DNA from: Patescibacteria group bacterium
Lineage (GTDB): Bacteria; Patescibacteriota; Patescibacteriia; Patescibacteriales; UBA12465
Length of the DNA stretch: 64,000 bases
NCBI GenBank assembly: GCA_041665845.1
Contig: JBAYIC010000005.1
Coordinates: 6,047-70,046 of the forward strand
Direction of reading: 5' to 3'
Part shown: positions 34,801 to 43,492 of the stretch, one piece after another
Position numbering within the stretch: position 1 is the first letter of the stretch
How the letters are laid out: every line of letters starts with the position of its first letter
The notes under the pieces: model-generated
Told to the model about the DNA's origin: nothing
What the model saw: the letters and a program-made list of their open reading frames with translations, nothing else
The model's database searches: none
Position numbers and translations under genes: made by a program

Positions 34801-35645
34801 ATGTAAGTCTTGATAGCACCGGAAAAGCTTCATTTACTGGTTTAAATATTGAAGTAGTAAATGGAACTGACAAAGTTGTAGTCATCAAAGGTAAATTAAC
34901 AGCAATTGGCGAAAGAGCAGTAGCTACCGTTGGTACTGCTGGTACTGGAGCTGATTCTGGAGATACTTTAGCAATTTCAGTATCAACAACAGCCGCTGAT
35001 TTTAGCGCAACTGGTGCTGCCTCAGGAACTGTTGACAATGCTGCAGATGCTGCAGTAAGCCAAGTTATGATTGTTAGAAAGACTAAACCAACCGTAGCTG
35101 CTTTGAGCTTACCAGTGACCAGTTTAGCTGATGGCGCACAGACTCTTTATAAGTTTTCTGTGATCGCTGATGCTGCTGGCGATGTAGTATTAAAAGGTAT
35201 TAAACCTACCATGACTTTAAGTGATGGTGCTGTTGGTGCCGCTTTATCAATCACAGCCGGAACTGTATATCTATATGATGTTACTTCTGGTGAAATTCAA
35301 TTAAATACTTCTGGTGTTAATGCCAGTGCATTAATTGAAATTGATGATGCTAAGATTGTTACTATAGCCAAGGGTTCTACTAGAACTTTTGAAATTAGAG
35401 GTACTGTTGCTGGTTCTTCAGCAGCTGACTCTATTAGTACTAAAGTTACTAAGGATGGCGCTGCTTTAAGCGCTGGTACAGAACTTGCTACTGGTGATGA
35501 TGGTACTGATGCTTTATCGGATGGAGCAAATGCTTTCGTTTGGTCTGATAAATCAGCTGATACAAATGGTGTTGGTTCAACTGAATGGACTAACAGTAAT
35601 TTATTGTCTGGTTGGCCAACAGGTGTTGCTAACATGAGCCGATAA
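31827..35645 (+). CDS. putative S-layer / major surface protein (1272 aa)
   Basis: The track ORF begins at TTG 31791; ATG 31827 gives a signal peptide (..VIAPNVQASASAG). The protein has no cysteine and is T/A/S/V/G-rich and acidic. At least 6 repeated Ig-like module starts (e.g. VTFVKFNVTASNDGSV, AVASFKLTSTEDAWF, ELARVTMTSSSDTIEV). Codon bias is strong (GCT/ACT/GGT/GTT) and a strong terminator follows. Confidence 0.7.
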   Translation: MNKLRKFLVVGVMVLSVISMSGLVIAPNVQASASAGDLIKMDGLSAVYYLSDNGKRYVFPNSTTYFSWYADFSGVVTIPAAELQSYPIGGNVVMRPGTKMIKITTDPSVYAVEPNGVLRKIGSESQASALYGTNWNKRIVDVADSYFVNYTVGTALTDGQIPAGSLVKNAGSAAVYYYDGTNYRSVASETALTANRLSMSNVLTVTNTLTAGGAAITGMETGLVKTSQNAVATGPVSVGSGLMVSLNSTTPAAATIPSSSNGVTFVKFNVTASNDGSVLLDTIKVKRTGVGAYSDLSGVYLYDGETRLTSAKTFASDTNEAEFSALNLNIAAGTTKTLSVVANIGLSKTGNHAIGIASASAINASGAAVSGSFPVTGNTMSLSATNSGSVTIDPVTTGLTDPTLGDKETAVASFKLTSTEDAWFKGITLKQDGTLTTSLLSGYKLYQGTTEVPATVSVNNRKVTLTLNSPFKLLNGSAKTFTVKADVSASAETTKTVVFFMDTTADLLVASDAYGFGLTTVITPYDTAGESKTLTLKGGAVTIANASASAHDVKTDTTAVELARVTMTSSSDTIEVQKLTAQITTTKATSGGDDWGTYRDTADDADYDSAVDTLLLRNIKVKDAITGQTLGSAKAITDATGWADSNDVDAALTFAWTDYFTVSKGVTRTLVLVADINSAAVSDIKYVGKFDFSSGNFTVKDSQDKTVTDIVPAAVIAGNTVTTKTSSLTVSRASTPESRTVVKGSSVDALGMIWAAGSGTGNDVKVSALTLDTYVDNVGTTDGTYVLKTEGTVNAQDLVQQVELYVDGVKIAGPTSVDSNGQAIFTSSKFVGGFYTVPAGSNKTVIVKAIASTNAPYGGDNDRFAFTMDAADMTAEDVNGSVTATVTGTNVNGTTAPSVGITVTAAGTITTAIDSGRPEAQVVIAGATAEQELTRVKLSTTKEKFVVDKLTAVVDEDGVLTGGSEATENLAAYDNVEYLKLYDSAGAALSGNVSLDSTGKASFTGLNIEVVNGTDKVVVIKGKLTAIGERAVATVGTAGTGADSGDTLAISVSTTAADFSATGAASGTVDNAADAAVSQVMIVRKTKPTVAALSLPVTSLADGAQTLYKFSVIADAAGDVVLKGIKPTMTLSDGAVGAALSITAGTVYLYDVTSGEIQLNTSGVNASALIEIDDAKIVTIAKGSTRTFEIRGTVAGSSAADSISTKVTKDGAALSAGTELATGDDGTDALSDGANAFVWSDKSADTNGVGSTEWTNSNLLSGWPTGVANMSR

Positions 35646-35692
35646 TTAAGCTGAACAGTTTTCTCGATTTTCTTTAATAAATCGAAAACAAC

Positions 35693-35720
35693 AAGAGCCC
35701 TCGCAAGAGGGCTCTTTTGT
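35693..35720 (+). terminator. strong intrinsic terminator after the S-layer-like gene
   Basis: AAGAGCCCTC-GCAA-GAGGGCTCTT followed by TTGTT. Confidence 0.85.
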
Positions 35721-35798
35721 TATCTCTAAAGTCCTTGTTTTATCTTTAGCTTATCCTCATCCTGCTAATATTTTGGCATAAGAATTAATTTTAATTTT

Positions 35799-36347
35799 AT
35801 GAGTATTAAAAACAATCAAATCATTATTTATAGTGCTGCGGATGGGAATATGAAACTTGAAGTTAAGCTTGAAAATGAGACTGTTTGGCTAAGCCAGAAA
35901 CAGATGGCGGAGTTGTTTGATTGCAGCGTCGACAATATTGGCTTACATTTAAAAAATGTTTATTTTGAAGGGGAATTATTGGAGAATCTAACTACCGAGG
36001 AATCCTCGGTAGTTCAAAAAGAGGGCTATAAAGAAGTAAAACGATTCATTAAAATATATAATCTAGACGCCATTATTTCCGTGGGTTATCGCATTAACTC
36101 TCTCCGTGGTACTCAATTTCGCATCTGGGCGACGCAGAAATTAAAAGAGTATATAATCAAGGGTTTTGTTTTAGATGATGAAAGATTATCGGACGGTCAA
36201 ATATCTAAAACATATTTTCAAGAAGATGAATTTTTAATATTCAATGAGAAAAAAATATTAGAGGGTGCCGGAAGGGTATCTCATGATGATATGGAACAGA
36301 AGATTAGATTGGAACTAGCTAAATACAATCAGAAAAAGCTTAATTAA
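35799..36347 (+). CDS. RhuM-family protein, apparently internally deleted
   Basis: 182 aa. The N-terminal half (..LDAIISVGYRINSLRGTQFRIWATQKLKEYIIKGFVLDDERL) and C-terminal tail (FLIFNEKKILEGAGRVSHDDMEQK) match my recollection of RhuM proteins. The central region of about 150 aa is missing. Confidence 0.6.
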   Translation: MSIKNNQIIIYSAADGNMKLEVKLENETVWLSQKQMAELFDCSVDNIGLHLKNVYFEGELLENLTTEESSVVQKEGYKEVKRFIKIYNLDAIISVGYRINSLRGTQFRIWATQKLKEYIIKGFVLDDERLSDGQISKTYFQEDEFLIFNEKKILEGAGRVSHDDMEQKIRLELAKYNQKKLN

Positions 36348-36350
36348 CTT

Positions 36351-36370
36351 TCAGTTGTCCGATTTTTCAA
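36351..36370 (-). repeat. dispersed repeat copy b, reverse
   Basis: Plus strand TCAGTTGTCCGATTTTTCAA is the reverse complement of TTGAAAAATCGGACAACTGA. It starts 4 nt after the RhuM stop codon. Confidence 0.85.
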
Positions 36371-36496
36371 TAATGGCAAAAGAGTAATATATTGTGCCCC
36401 CAGAAAAACCGATCAAAGAGGCAATCTCTTGCTATTCGTTTTTGTTTCGGGTATAATATAGATATACTGTAAATTCCTTATTTTAAACATAAAAAT

Positions 36497-37282
36497 ATGC
36501 CTACTAATATTTTCGAAAAAATAAAAAAAATAAATAAATATAACAGTGAATATTGGTCAGCTAGAGATTTATATAAAGCTTTGGATTATTCAGAATATCG
36601 CAACTTTTTAAAAGTTATAGAAAAATCTAAGGAGGCCTGTAAAAATAGCCGACAGGATATCCACAACCATTTTGTTGAAGCCAACGATATGGTTTCTGTC
36701 GGATCTGGCGCGGAAAGAATTATTGATACCGTAAATCTTTCTAGATATGCCTGCTATCTTGTTGTCCAAAATTCTGACCCGACTAAAGAAATCGTTGCCA
36801 TGGGGCAAACTTATTTTGCTATTCAAACAAGACGCCAAGAAGTTGCAGATTTAATGATTGAAAACCAAAAAAGATTAATTTTAAGAGACGAAACAAAAAA
36901 ACATAATACTTCTTTGGCTGAGGCAGCCGCCGATGCCGGCGTAAAAAATTATGGCAAATTTCAAAATTATGGGTACAAAGGTTTGTACGGCGGACTTGAT
37001 GCAACCGATATACATAAATTGAAAAAATTGAAAAAATCTCAAAAGATACTTGATCATATGGGAAGTGAGGAATTGGCAGCTAATCTCTTTAGAGCTACAC
37101 AAACTGACGCTAAATTAAGAAGAGAAAATATACAAGGAGAAATGAGTGCAAATCTTACACACTATAATGTCGGTCAAAAAGTTAGAAAAACAATTGAAGA
37201 ATTAGGAGGTGATATGCCAGAGAATCTTCCAACAGCAGATAATATAAAAAAGATAAAAAATAAATTGAAAAAAATAAAATAA
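36497..37282 (+). CDS. dinD: DNA damage-inducible protein D-like (DinD)
   Basis: 261 aa. SARDLYKALDY..F..VI.K...AC......HF and LSRYACYLVVQNSDPTKEIVAMGQTYFAIQTRRQE resemble DinD. The gene ends 15 nt upstream of lexA. Confidence 0.6.
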   Translation: MPTNIFEKIKKINKYNSEYWSARDLYKALDYSEYRNFLKVIEKSKEACKNSRQDIHNHFVEANDMVSVGSGAERIIDTVNLSRYACYLVVQNSDPTKEIVAMGQTYFAIQTRRQEVADLMIENQKRLILRDETKKHNTSLAEAAADAGVKNYGKFQNYGYKGLYGGLDATDIHKLKKLKKSQKILDHMGSEELAANLFRATQTDAKLRRENIQGEMSANLTHYNVGQKVRKTIEELGGDMPENLPTADNIKKIKNKLKKIK

Positions 37283-37297
37283 TAATATTTTAAACAT

Positions 37298-37918
37298 ATG
37301 ACCACTCTAACAAAAAAACAGGTTCAGGTACGCGACTTTGTAAATCGCTATACTGAAGAAAACGGTTATGCACCGTCTTTAAGTGAAATCAGAGATGAGG
37401 TCGGACTCTCTACAATTTCTACTGTCCATGAACACATCTCGAACCTAGTTGATAAAGGTATCTTAAAACACGTCAAAGGCGTCGCTAGAAGCCTTGAGCT
37501 AGTTAAGCTAAAGAGTAAACAAGAATTTATGTCCGTCCCTCTAGTGGGCGTTATAGCGGCCGGAAAAGCAATCGAAGCAATCGAAGTCCCGGACGAAGCA
37601 ATTGAAATTGCAAAAGATACTAGATTCCAAGATGGTGATTTGTATGCCCTCCGAGTAAGGGGAAATTCAATGATTGGCGACGGAATATTTGATGGTGATT
37701 TTGCGATTATCAAAAAACAATCTTGGGCTGATAACGGAGATACAGCGGTCGCAATTATTGACGATAATGAAGCAACTCTAAAGAAATATTATAAAGAGAA
37801 GGGAAGAATTAGACTACAACCAGCGAATCCTACCTTTGAGCCGATATTTAGAAAAAACGTTGAAATAAGAGGAATCGTAATTAAAATTATTAGAGATTTT
37901 CAAAGAGTAAATAGTTAA
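37298..37918 (+). CDS. lexA: LexA repressor
   Basis: 206 aa. N-terminal winged HTH, Ala-Gly cleavage site (VIAAGKAIEA), catalytic Ser (GNSM) and Lys (TLKKY). Confidence 0.9.
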   Translation: MTTLTKKQVQVRDFVNRYTEENGYAPSLSEIRDEVGLSTISTVHEHISNLVDKGILKHVKGVARSLELVKLKSKQEFMSVPLVGVIAAGKAIEAIEVPDEAIEIAKDTRFQDGDLYALRVRGNSMIGDGIFDGDFAIIKKQSWADNGDTAVAIIDDNEATLKKYYKEKGRIRLQPANPTFEPIFRKNVEIRGIVIKIIRDFQRVNS

Positions 37919-38058
37919 CTGGTGTAAGCAAAAGAGCTTTTGTAAAAAGCTCTTTTTTATTCTTATTAAAATCGCCGTCCATCACCATCAAACCTTCCCA
38001 ATTTCTTATTTTTTTGTTATAATTTTTTAACAATTTATTAATAATTAAATTATATTTT

Positions 38059-38478
38059 ATGAAAAAAATATCTTTTCTTTTACTAGCTTTAGCGTTAGTT
38101 ATTACTTTAAGTGCCTGTACAAAAACTTCTAATACTTCGAACCCAAGCGGTACAAAAGACGCCCCTAAAAACGAAGCGCCAACTACTACAAATACCCCAG
38201 CAACCCCAGAAACCACAAGCACTCCAATCGTTTCGACTGGAATAACTTTAGGCGAGATTGCAAAACATGCAAACGCTTCTGATTGTTGGATGGCGATAGA
38301 CGGTCGCGTTTTTGATGTAACTCCTTATATTAAATTAGGTATTCACCCAGGCGGAGAAAAAATCCTAAACGGCTGTGGAATAGATGCAAGTACTCTATTT
38401 GCTTCTATTGATAAGCATGATAACGGTAAGGCAAGACCAATGTTAGAAAAATATGTTATTGGCGATTTGGCTAAATAA
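38059..38478 (+). CDS. lipoprotein with cytochrome b5-like heme/steroid-binding domain
   Basis: 139 aa. Lipobox LSAC, a T/P-rich linker, and a cyt-b5 core (CWMAIDGRVFDVT...HPGG). Confidence 0.7.
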   Translation: MKKISFLLLALALVITLSACTKTSNTSNPSGTKDAPKNEAPTTTNTPATPETTSTPIVSTGITLGEIAKHANASDCWMAIDGRVFDVTPYIKLGIHPGGEKILNGCGIDASTLFASIDKHDNGKARPMLEKYVIGDLAK

Positions 38479-38509
38479 TACAAAAATATAAAATAGCGAT
38501 TCTAATATA

Positions 38510-40345
38510 ATGCCGGGAATCTTCAAATTAAAATCAAATTTCCAGCCGGCCGGTGATCAGCCGGAGGCTATAAAAAAACTGGCTGCCGGACTCGCGGCCG
38601 GTTTTGATTATCAAACTCTATTGGGCGTTACCGGAAGCGGTAAAACTTTTACAATTGCCAACATCATCGCTGGACAAGATAGGCCGGTTTTAGTGATGGC
38701 GCCGAATAAAGCTCTTGCCGCTCAGCTATATCGAGAATATAAAAACTTTTTCCCGAATAACGCTGTTCATTATTTCGTTTCTTATTACGACTACTATCAA
38801 CCCGAAGCCTATTTACCTATCACCGATACTTATATCGATAAAGAGGCGATGATTAATCAAGAAATTGACCGTCTTCGCCATGGCGCAACTTCCTCACTTG
38901 TTTCCCGTCGCGATGTAATTATTGTTGCTTCTGTTTCTTGTATTTATAATCTTGGAGTTCCATCATCATATCTTGAAGCACGTTTAGTTCTAGAAAAAGG
39001 GAAAAGCATGGTTAGAAGCGATTTGATTAAGCAACTTGTAAAAATTCAATTTGAAAGAACTAACGGCGATGTTGATAGAGGACAATTCCGTGTTCGCGGC
39101 GATGTTTTTGAAATCAGACCAAAATCAGAAAATATTATCTATCGCCTTGAATTATCCGGCCAAGAAATTTCCCATCTTTCCATTATTGATAATACGACTA
39201 AAAACATCTTAGAGAATTTAGAAGAAATCGTAATTTTTCCGCCTAAGCATTTTGTTTCCAATCAACCGCAAATAGAGGCGGCGATAAAAAATATCCAAGG
39301 TGAATTAAAAGATAGGCTCGCTTATTTTAAAAAAGAGGGATTATTGCTTGAAGCAGAAAGACTAGAACGTCGCACTAAGTATGATATTGAGATGTTACAT
39401 TCACTCGGCTATTGCCATGGTATCGAAAATTACTCACGCCATCTAACCGGAAAACTAGCCGGAGAAGCGCCGGATGCCTTACTTGCTTATTTTCCTTGGA
39501 AAGACGGCAAGCCGGATTTTTTAACTATTATTGATGAATCACATATCTCCGTTCCGCAAGTACGAGGAATGTATAATGGCGACCAGGCCCGAAAAAAAAC
39601 TCTAACTCAGTACGGTTGGCGCTTACCGTCCGCACTTGATAATAGACCTTTAAAGTTTAGCGAATTTGAAGCTCGTATCGGCCAAGTTATTTTTACAACT
39701 GCAACCCCGGGAGATTTTGAAACTAAACATTCTAAACAAATTGCCGAGCAAGTTATCCGCCCAACCGGCTTAATTGATCCAGAAATTGAAATCAGACCAG
39801 TATTTAATAAAGAAACAAATTACAGCCAAATTAATGACGTTATGGAAGAAATAAGAGAAATTGCGCGATTAGGCGAAAGAGCGATTATCAATACACTAAC
39901 TAAAAAACAAGCTGAAGATTTAAATACATATCTTAACGGACAAGGATTTAAATCCAATTATCTTCATAGCGATATTAAAACCATGGAAAGAATGGATATT
40001 TTAAAAAATTTTCGCGAAGGATTATTTGATGTTTTAATTGGCGTTAATCTTTTGCGAGAAGGCTTAGATTTACCGGAAGTAACTCTGGTCGCGATTTTGG
40101 ATGCCGATAGAGAGGGCTTTCTAAGAAGTGAAACTTCTCTCATGCAAACTATGGGCCGCGCCGCTCGTAATGTAAAAGGAAAAATAATTCTCTATGCCGA
40201 TAAAAAAACTGAATCAATGCGTAAAGCAATAAATGAAGTAGAAAGAAGACGTAAAAAGCAATTAGCGTATAATAAAAAATATAATATAACACCAACTAAT
40301 ATTTCTAAGAAGATTGAAGAATTTTTAGATTTAGTTGAAGAATAA
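38510..40345 (+). CDS. uvrB: excinuclease ABC subunit B (lacks C-terminal UVR domain)
   Basis: 611 aa. GVTGSGKTFT, DESH, helicase motifs. The protein ends just after ..YNKKYNITPTNISKKI, where other UvrB proteins continue into the UvrC-binding coiled coil. Confidence 0.9.
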   Translation: MPGIFKLKSNFQPAGDQPEAIKKLAAGLAAGFDYQTLLGVTGSGKTFTIANIIAGQDRPVLVMAPNKALAAQLYREYKNFFPNNAVHYFVSYYDYYQPEAYLPITDTYIDKEAMINQEIDRLRHGATSSLVSRRDVIIVASVSCIYNLGVPSSYLEARLVLEKGKSMVRSDLIKQLVKIQFERTNGDVDRGQFRVRGDVFEIRPKSENIIYRLELSGQEISHLSIIDNTTKNILENLEEIVIFPPKHFVSNQPQIEAAIKNIQGELKDRLAYFKKEGLLLEAERLERRTKYDIEMLHSLGYCHGIENYSRHLTGKLAGEAPDALLAYFPWKDGKPDFLTIIDESHISVPQVRGMYNGDQARKKTLTQYGWRLPSALDNRPLKFSEFEARIGQVIFTTATPGDFETKHSKQIAEQVIRPTGLIDPEIEIRPVFNKETNYSQINDVMEEIREIARLGERAIINTLTKKQAEDLNTYLNGQGFKSNYLHSDIKTMERMDILKNFREGLFDVLIGVNLLREGLDLPEVTLVAILDADREGFLRSETSLMQTMGRAARNVKGKIILYADKKTESMRKAINEVERRRKKQLAYNKKYNITPTNISKKIEEFLDLVEE

Positions 40346-40361
40346 AAATAAAGCTTAAAAT

Positions 40362-40940
40362 ATGAAAATAGAATACGAAGCAACTTTTATAAATATTGAT
40401 AAAGACGAAGTGCGTGACCATTTAAAATCAGCTGGGGCTCAGCTCATTAAACCAGAGTTCTTGATGAAACGTGTTGTTTTTGAATTACCAGAAGGACATG
40501 AAATACCAGGCGGTTGGTTGAGAGTCCGCGATGAAGGAGATAAAATAACGATGAGCCTCAAAGTTGTTGATGGTATAAAAATAGAAAATCAAAAAGAAAT
40601 TTATTTACAAATAAATAATTTCGAAGAGGGAATTAGCTTGTTAGAAGCCATGGGGGCTAAACGCAAAGCTTTTCAAGAAAGTCGCCGTGAGCTTTGGTTG
40701 CTTGATGGCGCGGAAATTACTTTAGATGAATGGCCTTACCTAGAACCATATGTGGAAGTCGAGGGACAATCGGAAGAAATAGTAAAAACTATTAGCGCTA
40801 AGCTAGGTTTTGATTATTCTCAGGCGCTTTTTTGTTCTGTTGATACTTTATACAATCTTAAATATGGCATTCCTAATGATATTATAAACCATAAAACGCC
40901 CTTAATTACTTTTAACGAACCAAACCCGTTTATCAATTGA
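40362..40940 (+). CDS. CYTH-domain protein (class IV adenylate cyclase / triphosphatase fold)
   Basis: 192 aa. N-terminal IEYEATF (ExExK variant), WLRVRDEGDKITMSLK, C-terminal YLEPYVEVEG. Confidence 0.65.
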   Translation: MKIEYEATFINIDKDEVRDHLKSAGAQLIKPEFLMKRVVFELPEGHEIPGGWLRVRDEGDKITMSLKVVDGIKIENQKEIYLQINNFEEGISLLEAMGAKRKAFQESRRELWLLDGAEITLDEWPYLEPYVEVEGQSEEIVKTISAKLGFDYSQALFCSVDTLYNLKYGIPNDIINHKTPLITFNEPNPFIN

Positions 40941-40945
40941 ATAAT

Positions 40946-43489
40946 ATGTCAGCCAATAAAAATAGCGCTCATGCAAGCGATGGCGAAAAATTAATCATCC
41001 GCGGCGCACGAATGCACAACTTAAAAAATATCAGTTTAGAAATACCGCATAATAAATTAACGGTTATTTCTGGCGTTTCGGGAAGCGGTAAGTCATCACT
41101 CGCTTTTGATACAATTTTTGCCGAAGGCCAAAGACAATATGTCGAATCGCTTTCGCCCTATATGCGCCAATTTTTAGGCCAAAAAAAGCCAGCCGATGTT
41201 GAAGAAATAATTGGATTAGCTCCAGCAATTTCTATTGACCAAAAAGCCCTCTCTCATAACCCACGCTCAACAGTCGGAACTTTAACTGATATCTATGATT
41301 ACCTGCGCGTTCTCTACGCAAGGGTCGGAGAAATATTTTGTCCTCTTTGCGGTCATAAAATAGAAAAATTAACCGTTGAAGAAATGGTTGATATTATTAT
41401 TAATCGCGGAAAAGATTTAGGCGATGAATATGTTACGCTTTTAACTCCGGTCGTGCGCGATAGAAAAGGGGAATATTATCAACTTTTATATAATTATTTA
41501 GGACTTGGCTACGGCGAAGCGAGGATCGATGGAAAAATTTATTCTTTAAGAGATAAGATTAAGCTTGCACCCAAACAAAAGCATGATATTGATATCGTAA
41601 TTGATAAGGTAATGTTAAGTGATCAGTCGCGTTTATTTGAAGCAGTTGAAAGTGCGCTCGAACAAAGCAAGGGTTTAGTAATTGCTAAATATGAAAAGCA
41701 AGAATTTTTACTTTCTTCAAATTGGACTTGTCCTAATGATAATTTTTCTTTCCCTGAAGTTGAGCCGCGTTTATTTTCTTTTAACTCGCCTCATGGCGCT
41801 TGTCCCGAGTGCGCCGGACTAGGAAAAAAGAACTTCTTTGGTGAAGAAAAATGCGAAACTTGTAATGGTGAGCGATTAAAGCCAGAAGGCTTATCGGTAA
41901 AAATACACGGGAAAAATATCGCTCAAGTCGCCAATTTATCTTTAAATAAAACCTTGGATTTTTTTAATGGCTACTATGAAAAGATGACAAAACGCGAATT
42001 AACTATCGCCGAAAATGTTATTATCCAAATTATTAGTCGTCTAGAATTTTTGCTTAAAGTCGGTTTAAATTATTTATCATTATCGCGTGAAGCTCACACC
42101 CTATCTGGTGGTGAGGCACAAAGAATCAGACTCTCCTCCCAAATCAGCTCCCATTTATCAAGAACGCTTTATGTTTTAGATGAACCGACCATTGGTTTAC
42201 ATGAACGGGATACGGAAAAATTAATTGATACTTTAAAGAAACTAAGAGATAAGCATAATACGGTTATTATTGTTGAACATGACGAAAGAACGATTATGGA
42301 ATCGGACTATTTGGTTGATTTAGGGCCACTCGCGGGAGTCCATGGCGGCGAAATAACGGCCTGTGGTGAGACAAAATATCTTTTAAGCGGTAAAGATGCG
42401 GAAGCGACCAAAAAATCGCTCACACTGCAATATTTAAACGGAGATAAGAAGATAGAATTACCAAGCAAGCGTCGTGAGCAAAATCATGGCTCCTTAAAAA
42501 TTATTGGCGCAACCGCTAATAATTTAAAAAATATTACCGTGGAAATTCCGCTCGGACGTTTAGTGGGAATTAGTGGCGTCTCGGGAAGTGGAAAATCGTC
42601 TTTCTTGTATAATGCTTTATATAAAAATGTTTCTCATATTAAAGCGCGACCGGGCGGCCGGGCAAAATTAGAAAATGTTAAAGATATTAAAGGAACTGAT
42701 TATATTAGTAAGGTAATTGTAATTGACCAATCACCAATTGGTCGCACTCCTCGTTCTAACCCCGCAACCTATACTGGAATCTTTACGCCGATTCGAGATT
42801 TTTTTGCCGCCTTACCGGAAGCAAGGGAAAGAGGATATGCAATCGGCCGCTTCTCATTTAATCGTCCCGGTGGGCGTTGTGAGGCCTGTGAAGGGGCAGG
42901 AGCTAACCTAATTGAGATGCATTTTCTCCCACCAGTTTTAGTTGAATGCGAAGTTTGCCGCGGTAAACGTTTTAATCGTGAAACCCTGCAGGTAAAATAC
43001 AAGAACAAAAATATCGCTGAGATTTTAGATATGACTATTGATGAAGCGGTCGAGCATTTTGAAGGTAATTATTTTATTACCGATAAATTAAAAGTCCTGC
43101 AATCAGTCGGACTTGGTTATGTAAAAATTGGACAAAGTGCAACCACCCTATCCGGAGGTGAGGCACAGAGAATTAAGATTGCTAAAGAGCTAACCCATAC
43201 TTTAGGAAAACGAACTTTATACTTACTAGACGAGCCAACTACTGGACTACATTACTATGATATTGATATGCTTTTATCAGTCTTGAATAAACTAGTTGAA
43301 AAAGGAAATTCCGTTATGGTGATTGAGCATAATATGCACATGCTTAAATCAATGGATTATATTATTGATTTAGGGCCGGATGGAGGGGACAACGGCGGAC
43401 GATTAGTCGCAGCCGGCGCCCCGGAAGATATTGTAAGGGAGCCGGAGAGCTTAACTGGAAAATACTTAAAACCATATTTAAAAAAATAA
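40946..43489 (+). CDS. uvrA: excinuclease ABC subunit A
   Basis: The track ORF starts at TTG 40937, overlapping the upstream stop; ATG 40946 is equally possible. Two ABC modules (GVSGSGKSS twice; LSGGEAQR twice) and zinc modules (CPLCG, CPECAGLG, CEACEGAG..CEVCRGKRF). Confidence 0.9.
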   Translation: MSANKNSAHASDGEKLIIRGARMHNLKNISLEIPHNKLTVISGVSGSGKSSLAFDTIFAEGQRQYVESLSPYMRQFLGQKKPADVEEIIGLAPAISIDQKALSHNPRSTVGTLTDIYDYLRVLYARVGEIFCPLCGHKIEKLTVEEMVDIIINRGKDLGDEYVTLLTPVVRDRKGEYYQLLYNYLGLGYGEARIDGKIYSLRDKIKLAPKQKHDIDIVIDKVMLSDQSRLFEAVESALEQSKGLVIAKYEKQEFLLSSNWTCPNDNFSFPEVEPRLFSFNSPHGACPECAGLGKKNFFGEEKCETCNGERLKPEGLSVKIHGKNIAQVANLSLNKTLDFFNGYYEKMTKRELTIAENVIIQIISRLEFLLKVGLNYLSLSREAHTLSGGEAQRIRLSSQISSHLSRTLYVLDEPTIGLHERDTEKLIDTLKKLRDKHNTVIIVEHDERTIMESDYLVDLGPLAGVHGGEITACGETKYLLSGKDAEATKKSLTLQYLNGDKKIELPSKRREQNHGSLKIIGATANNLKNITVEIPLGRLVGISGVSGSGKSSFLYNALYKNVSHIKARPGGRAKLENVKDIKGTDYISKVIVIDQSPIGRTPRSNPATYTGIFTPIRDFFAALPEARERGYAIGRFSFNRPGGRCEACEGAGANLIEMHFLPPVLVECEVCRGKRFNRETLQVKYKNKNIAEILDMTIDEAVEHFEGNYFITDKLKVLQSVGLGYVKIGQSATTLSGGEAQRIKIAKELTHTLGKRTLYLLDEPTTGLHYYDIDMLLSVLNKLVEKGNSVMVIEHNMHMLKSMDYIIDLGPDGGDNGGRLVAAGAPEDIVREPESLTGKYLKPYLKK

Positions 43490-43492
43490 TTT

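Noticed and set aside
32372-35635. Seven minus-strand ORFs (60-115 aa) from the track inside the S-layer-like gene
   Set aside because: They are antisense shadows of a strongly codon-biased, GCT/ACT/GGT-rich coding strand. Their products are low-complexity, they have no start signals, and they lie entirely within a far longer, coherent plus-strand ORF.
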